Shown in pieces: positions 58,811 through 64,000 of a DNA stretch of 64,000 bases. A program made the position numbers and the translations under genes. The notes beneath the pieces are model-generated. The model saw only the letters and a program-made list of their open reading frames with translations. It was not told the DNA's origin and did no database searches. The stretch spans positions 160,544-224,543 of the forward strand of contig JBCNVN010000001.1 in NCBI GenBank assembly GCA_039630055.1, given 5' to 3'. The stretch's first letter is position 1; each line of letters begins with the position of its first letter. The stretch comes from Candidatus Caldarchaeales archaeon (lineage in GTDB: Archaea; Thermoproteota; Nitrososphaeria_A; Caldarchaeales; Wolframiiraptoraceae).

Positions 58811-59851
58811 ATGCTCAAAACCGTAATATTGAGATCTATATCCCTACTGTTGGTAGTACCGTCAGTAGTATTATTGATGGCGGTAACCCTTGGGCTTACT
58901 GGAGTCTCAGATAGACTACTGACTTCGATGGCTGAGCAAACTCTACAAGAAGTTAAAAAGTCTCTTGCAACCCGTATACATGATCCTGAAGAGCTCGAAT
59001 CAGCGATAGAATCCCAGAGGAGAGCGATATACTCTAGTTATGGATTGGATAAACCTTGGTTTTACAGGATGTTTCAGATGATGGTTCAGATAGTGTTATT
59101 CGACTTGGGTAGGACTAGAGTTATTAAGAGCTTTACGGGAAGCCATGAAGTTTCTGAGATAATCTTGGAAAGAATACCCAATACGATAATGCTAGTAACT
59201 ATACCTCTAATAATATCAGCGGCAATCGGTATATGGTTAGGGGTTAAATTAGCTTCAAGACCTGGCACAAGACTAGATAGAACCATATCATACTTAGCAA
59301 TGATATCTTACACGCTTCCATCATGGTGGGTTGGGATAGTCTTCATAATCTTCTTCGGATTCTATCTAAACATATTGCCTACTGGAGGTATGTACAGTGT
59401 ACCACCCCCCACTGAATTGTTACACAAGATTATTGACCTGCTCTGGCATCTAATCCTACCCGTCGCAACACTAGTCTCTGTACAAGTCGGTGGATGGATC
59501 TACTCAACCAGGATGATCGTGCTAAACATTGCTCAAGAAGATTATGTTGGAGCTGCTAGAGCCAGAGGGATACCTGAACACATGGTTAGAGCTAGATATA
59601 TACTCAGAGTTGCTGCACCCACTATTATTACGAATATCACTCTTGGTCTAGCTGGGTCTTTAGGTGGAGCTATAATCACCGAGACCGTCTTCGGATGGTA
59701 TGGGATGGGAAGCCTATACTATCAAGCTATAATCTCTCTAGAAGAAAACTTGGTCATCGCATTAACCTTCATCTACACCTTGATCTATGTCATTGCTAGA
59801 ATAATCCTTGAAGTTATGTATGTAGTCTTAGATCCAAGGGTGAGATACTAA
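58811..59851 (+). CDS. Opp/Dpp-type ABC permease (DppB-like)
   Basis: Contains ARARGIPEHMVRARYILRVAAPTII...GGAIITETVFGWYGMG (EAA-loop region). Confidence 0.85.
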   Translation: MLKTVILRSISLLLVVPSVVLLMAVTLGLTGVSDRLLTSMAEQTLQEVKKSLATRIHDPEELESAIESQRRAIYSSYGLDKPWFYRMFQMMVQIVLFDLGRTRVIKSFTGSHEVSEIILERIPNTIMLVTIPLIISAAIGIWLGVKLASRPGTRLDRTISYLAMISYTLPSWWVGIVFIIFFGFYLNILPTGGMYSVPPPTELLHKIIDLLWHLILPVATLVSVQVGGWIYSTRMIVLNIAQEDYVGAARARGIPEHMVRARYILRVAAPTIITNITLGLAGSLGGAIITETVFGWYGMGSLYYQAIISLEENLVIALTFIYTLIYVIARIILEVMYVVLDPRVRY

Positions 59852-61302
59852 TGAGTATGAGGAAGGAGATTGTGAAGAATCTCTGGAGAAGCTGGTCTAC
59901 GAGAACAGGTATAATATTCTTAGCAATCTTAATATCTATATCAATTTTTGTCGTCATCCTTTATCCTTTGGATTTTGGTGTAAAGATATGGAGTAACCCA
60001 TCATACTGGGCTGACAATCCCAAGCTAGCACCTCCTAGCTGGACAGCTCTCTTTTCTAAGGAAAGAACTCCACCTCATATGGTGATCAAGCTAGACCAGC
60101 CTACAAGAGTGGATAGAGGATTCGAGGCTAGAATATTAGAGTACATATTTGATATAGATTACCATTATGATGATTATCCATCTTTCCTCCACATACTCGT
60201 AAAGAACATCACATACTATTCATCTAAACCTCCTAGGATAGAGTTATACATTGCTAGACCTGATGGTCTCGAAGTTAAGCTGTTAAGTATATTGGTTAGA
60301 GGACCCACCGGCTTAGAGGAACCACCTTATCGTAGATATGTAGAATCTCCCCATAGAATAATCTTGACAGAAGACTCAACATCCATTCTAACCATGATAA
60401 ACTCATTGAATAATATATACGGACTAAGTTTAATTCTAGAAGATGTTTCTAGAATAGGTTCAGAGAAGATCTTTTTCGGTTATCCATCTAATATTGATGA
60501 GAGAGAGTTCTCTGTTCTGAAGGGACGCTACACTATAAGTGTAAAAATCTTCTTTTATGATGGTTCGTCTATGGTCGAAGAAGTAAGATTGGTCCTAGGT
60601 GGCAGAGTCTATGGAATATTGGGCACAGACATAATCGGTAGGGATATAATGGTAGGTCTCCTCTTCGGTTTCCCAGTAAGCTTGATGATAGGGTTACTAG
60701 CTTCAACTCTCGTTACATCTATCGGTTCAATCCTCGGGATTGTAAGCGGCTATATAGGAGGTAGAACAGATACAATAATTCAGAGAATTAGCGATATAGT
60801 GATGAATATGCCTCTCCTACCGGTACTAATCTTCTTCACCTTCATATTGAGAGAATTCGGATTTAGACTCTTCCTAATAATATTATTATTAACAGCATTC
60901 AGCTGGCCTGGTTTAACAATAGTTATAAGACCGATGGTTATGCAGATAAAGACAAGCCAGTTTATTGAAGCAGCCATATCTTGTGGAGCATCTAGAAGAT
61001 GGATCATGGTGAAACATATCCTACCAAACCTAACACCATTCATTCTTGCACAAAGCATCTTTCTAGTACCCTCAGCAATATTAGCTGAAGCAGCTTTAAG
61101 CTTCCTGGGATTAGGAGATCCGACAATACCTACATGGGGTCAGATGCTTGAGTATGGGTTCAAGAGTGGAGCAATATATTTAGGATACTGGTGGTGGGTT
61201 ATACCTCCAGGCCTACTAATAGTAATCTCAACAATAACCTTCCTCTTGATAACGATAGGATTAGAGCCGATACTAAACCCAAGGCTGAAAACAGTCATCT
61301 AA
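59851..61302 (+). CDS. Opp/Dpp-type ABC permease (DppC-like) with an enlarged extracytoplasmic loop
   Basis: Contains LGTDIIGRDIMVGLLFG and AAISCGASRRWIMVKHILPN. About 200 aa lie between TM1 and the conserved core. It overlaps the previous gene by 1 nt. Confidence 0.85.
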   Translation: MSMRKEIVKNLWRSWSTRTGIIFLAILISISIFVVILYPLDFGVKIWSNPSYWADNPKLAPPSWTALFSKERTPPHMVIKLDQPTRVDRGFEARILEYIFDIDYHYDDYPSFLHILVKNITYYSSKPPRIELYIARPDGLEVKLLSILVRGPTGLEEPPYRRYVESPHRIILTEDSTSILTMINSLNNIYGLSLILEDVSRIGSEKIFFGYPSNIDEREFSVLKGRYTISVKIFFYDGSSMVEEVRLVLGGRVYGILGTDIIGRDIMVGLLFGFPVSLMIGLLASTLVTSIGSILGIVSGYIGGRTDTIIQRISDIVMNMPLLPVLIFFTFILREFGFRLFLIILLLTAFSWPGLTIVIRPMVMQIKTSQFIEAAISCGASRRWIMVKHILPNLTPFILAQSIFLVPSAILAEAALSFLGLGDPTIPTWGQMLEYGFKSGAIYLGYWWWVIPPGLLIVISTITFLLITIGLEPILNPRLKTVI

Positions 61303-61415
61303 AGATCTCTACAAAGTTCTTGACGAAATTTTAGACCTCTAAATGATATTTTAAGAAAATTTTGAAAAACATTCGAGTTTGCAAAATATAGAATTAAAGA
61401 GAAAAAAAGGAGGTT

Positions 61416-62615
61416 CTAGGATCTAAATGAAACATCTGAAAGCAAGGTGAGATCTTGATTTTCATAGATCTTGTATAGAGTTCCTGAATCAAGGTCGTAG
61501 AGATACAGAGATGATCTATGATCTGATAAAAGTAAACCTCTATCGATATCTACTCGGCGGCCTTCTGCTCGCATCGTAACTTCTTCAACATACCTTATTC
61601 CCATAATTGGGAACCCGAAGGTCGCTATTTTGGTTGGAGCTAAATTGGGATTGGTTACCAAGTATAGGCTTGCAGGAATAGTATTACCTGAAGAGAGATA
61701 GAGTCTACCTTGACTATCAAACTCAAAGTTTCCTGCCCAGAAACCATCTACATCCTCTAACCTTACCTCGTAGTAAAGCTTAGGCATGTTTTGAACTATT
61801 TTATATATCTTTCCATTACCTCCTGCTCCTGTCGCTTCACTAAAGTACATTCTGTTTTCAGGTCCAAATCTAATACATCTAACATAGGTAGTATGTTCAA
61901 AAACGACACCATAATCTCCTGACCCTAATAGAAACAATCGTATCTCCTTACTATTAGCATCTACATAGTAAACCTTTTCAGCTATTCCTGGATGGAATGT
62001 AAAGCAGTCTACTCGAGTAGGAGCGTTGAATAATCTTCCAAGATGGCGGTACTGATAATCATAGATATAGACTCCTCCAGGAGATTCGCGAGCTGATGAA
62101 AAATAGATACGATAAGGATTTACTAGTTCTGCCGATAGGTAGGGAGGAACAATGGTTGCGGTTGGTAGGGTAGGACTAACCGTAGCCGTAGTAGTAATCG
62201 TATGGGTGGTAGTAACTGTTGTCTGAGTGGTTTGTGTAGTGTAGGTTACAAGAGTTACAGGGATGGGAACAGTCTCCGTAATTGTTTCAGTGGTCTCTAT
62301 AGTTGAGGTGACAACTTGGCTCAAAGTAGTTGTGATGTAACGTGTTGAATTCGTTATAATTGTGGAGTTTCTATATATCGTCCTAGTCTCGTTAACCGTG
62401 TAAGCCCAAGTCCTGATCTCAGTGACTACAGTTAGACTGGTTAAGACGGTTGGGAAAGGTCTGGTCTCATTGCCTCTAGTTATTCCCTGACCTAAAAATT
62501 GAGAAAGAGGTGGATAGTTTGCAGCAGCATAGGCTCCAGCCGCAAACATTATTATAGCCATAATCGCTATAAGAGCTTTACTCAATTTCCACCCTCTTTT
62601 TTTACAGATTATCAC
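61416..62615 (-). CDS. N-terminally anchored surface protein with a long Thr-rich tract and a C-terminal beta-rich (propeller-like) domain
   Basis: GTG start. TM segment ALIAIMAIIMFAAGAYAA. The Thr-rich tract is TIETTETITETVPIPVTLVTYTTQTTQTTVTTTHTITTTATV. Function unknown. Confidence 0.55.
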   Translation of the reverse strand: MIICKKRGWKLSKALIAIMAIIMFAAGAYAAANYPPLSQFLGQGITRGNETRPFPTVLTSLTVVTEIRTWAYTVNETRTIYRNSTIITNSTRYITTTLSQVVTSTIETTETITETVPIPVTLVTYTTQTTQTTVTTTHTITTTATVSPTLPTATIVPPYLSAELVNPYRIYFSSARESPGGVYIYDYQYRHLGRLFNAPTRVDCFTFHPGIAEKVYYVDANSKEIRLFLLGSGDYGVVFEHTTYVRCIRFGPENRMYFSEATGAGGNGKIYKIVQNMPKLYYEVRLEDVDGFWAGNFEFDSQGRLYLSSGNTIPASLYLVTNPNLAPTKIATFGFPIMGIRYVEEVTMRAEGRRVDIDRGLLLSDHRSSLYLYDLDSGTLYKIYENQDLTLLSDVSFRS

Positions 62616-63100
62616 CTTTTTTTGGGGGTTAATATCTATTTCTAATGTATAGACCTAAAATTTATTCGTCATCCTTCAACCCTCATACAAATTTTTAAAC
62701 AAGATACCAAAATATTTCTTAGCTTAATCTCTTCTCAATCCATACTTTATCATTTTCAAACGGTTAATCTAGTTAGAGCTAGATTACTGTTAAGAGATAT
62801 GCACAATTATCTCAACAGCATCTACATACATAAAATTATCAACAATTATACGTGAACTTCAATATTGAATGCTCCTTAACTAACTGAATAATGTTGAAAA
62901 GATGAAGAGAGATATATTGGGTTTAAAATTCTAAATCTTTGAAAGATCATTTTATTGAAAATCTAGAGCATAAACAAAAGATGATTTATCATCATATCTT
63001 ATAGTATTCTTTACATCGCAGATGACGCCACGAGTTATTTATTTAGATTCTCCTATCCAAACGATAAAAAGTTAACGAATCAATAAACTTTCATAGGTAT

Positions 63101-63129
63101 TGGGCCCGGTGGGATTCGAACCCACGACC
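63101..63129 (-). other. Orphan tRNA 3-prime fragment (variable-loop end, T-arm, acceptor 3-prime strand, discriminator)
   Basis: The minus strand reads GGUC-GUGGG-UUCGAAU-CCCAC-CGGGCCC-A. No matching 5-prime acceptor strand (GGGCCCG) or D/anticodon arms lie upstream. The flanking sequence is AT-rich, unlike the two intact tRNAs. Confidence 0.65.
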
Positions 63130-64000
63130 ATCTATCCATAAATTTATAGAGAAACCTAATATTCTCTACCAAACCAACCTCACACTTATAATATATGTGG
63201 TCTATATCTGCATGAACCACAAACCCACCACCCTTAATATACAAGCATAACGATCTAACATGAAGCCTAAAAACCAATCCACCACAGAACCTACATTTCC
63301 CACCTCCACAAGGCCCAATAATATCTTTCCTAATTTTAACATCTTCTCCAGACCTTTCTACATCCTTATCCTCAACCCCTCCTCCAATAAAATCATCTAC
63401 AGCCTCTTCTCCAATAAAATACTAACCTCTCCTACGCCAACATAACCAGAAATATAAATAGAGCCTAGATTAAAAATAGCTTCATGGACTCTAATAGGGA
63501 ATAAATAGGAATATATAAAAAGGATTAAAGCCTAACAATCAAATATGTATCTACCACGTCCACGTCTTTTACCCTATCCCACCTATCTAATACTTCCAAT
63601 AGCTCCTTAAATGTAATCTTTTCACATCGCAGATCTATCTTTAACCCAGCCTTGACGCTGGCTACAACCTTATTCTCAAAAACATCGTCCACAATCAACT
63701 TTAAAAACTCTCATCCTAAAAGATTATGATAACGGTAGATTTCCATTCTGAAATGTTTTCTCCACTTCCACCCTCACCCCATGTCATTATAATAAGTTTA
63801 TATATTCTTTGGGAAGATCTAAATCTTCTAGAAGGTCTCCAGTATAGAATCTTCTAGCTATCCCATAAGCCTTCAACCTCAAACACCATCCAGCCTTCTA
63901 TAACCAGAAAGCTCTCTCAAAACAATATTAGAAACTCTTATAACTTTCCATGAGATAGATAGTGGTCTATAATAGCTAGATCTCTACAAACTATAGTATT

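Noticed and set aside
63130-63330. Attempt to complete the orphan tRNA fragment using a distant 5-prime half (minus strand GGGCCUU-GU-GGAG... near 63310) and a roughly 190-nt intron.
   Set aside because: The acceptor would carry a mismatch, the D-loop would be 14 nt and the anticodon loop would violate U33. The intervening sequence is AT-rich, unlike the genuine intron-containing tRNAs in this window.
63080-63445. Two track ORFs (63080-63277 minus, 63260-63445 plus) in the terminal region.
   Set aside because: The first reads straight through the tRNA fragment. The second is low-complexity (P/T/S/N-rich), reflecting the C/A strand skew. Neither looks like a real protein.
1-64000. Scan for CRISPR arrays, IS elements/transposases, integrases, restriction-modification or other known defence gene signatures, and rRNA genes.
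   Set aside because: None were seen. There are no regularly spaced direct repeats and no DDE, tyrosine- or serine-recombinase motifs. I recognised no nuclease/helicase defence-type ORFs. All long ORFs are accounted for above.

Overview
This is a visibly AT-rich, densely coded 64-kb archaeal chromosome segment with about 62 protein genes and 2 intron-containing tRNAs. Archaeal hallmarks include the S27e / aIF2-alpha / Nop10 cluster, Pth2, the class-I CCA enzyme, AglB/STT3 (WWDYG) and A-type ATPase subunits. The tRNAs are GC-rich in an AT-rich background, and one carries a second intron at a non-canonical D-loop position. That pattern is typical of hyperthermophilic Thermoprotei (Crenarchaeota). 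Layout: 0-16 kb holds housekeeping genes (FtsY, Pth2, TruD, rhomboid, an isolated nuoBCD module, ATPase H/C, translation genes, PAC2, AglB). 16.6-35.8 kb is a redox island. It contains two membrane-anchored surface proteins, then lipB, a decayed lpdA and lipA, then two four-subunit 2-oxoacid:ferredoxin oxidoreductases. The second oxidoreductase runs without a break into a 1135-aa double-HdrA/MvhD fusion, an HdrC/HdrB-type fusion and EtfAB. This eight-gene cluster is the most interesting candidate system in the window. 35.8-45.8 kb holds Tmk, ThpR, CCA, a kinase, an ACT regulator with TrpB2-SerA-aminotransferase, an MFS transporter and tRNA-Pro. 46-62.6 kb looks accessory: ribokinase, a ribose-type ABC system, a BNR propeller, a giant family-5 binding protein, permeases and several Thr-rich anchored surface proteins. 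62.6-64 kb is ORF-poor and strand-skewed and contains an orphan tRNA 3-prime fragment, possibly an integration scar. I saw no CRISPR array, IS element, integrase or recognisable defence gene. All functional calls rest on motif and family recognition by eye. No database search was run.
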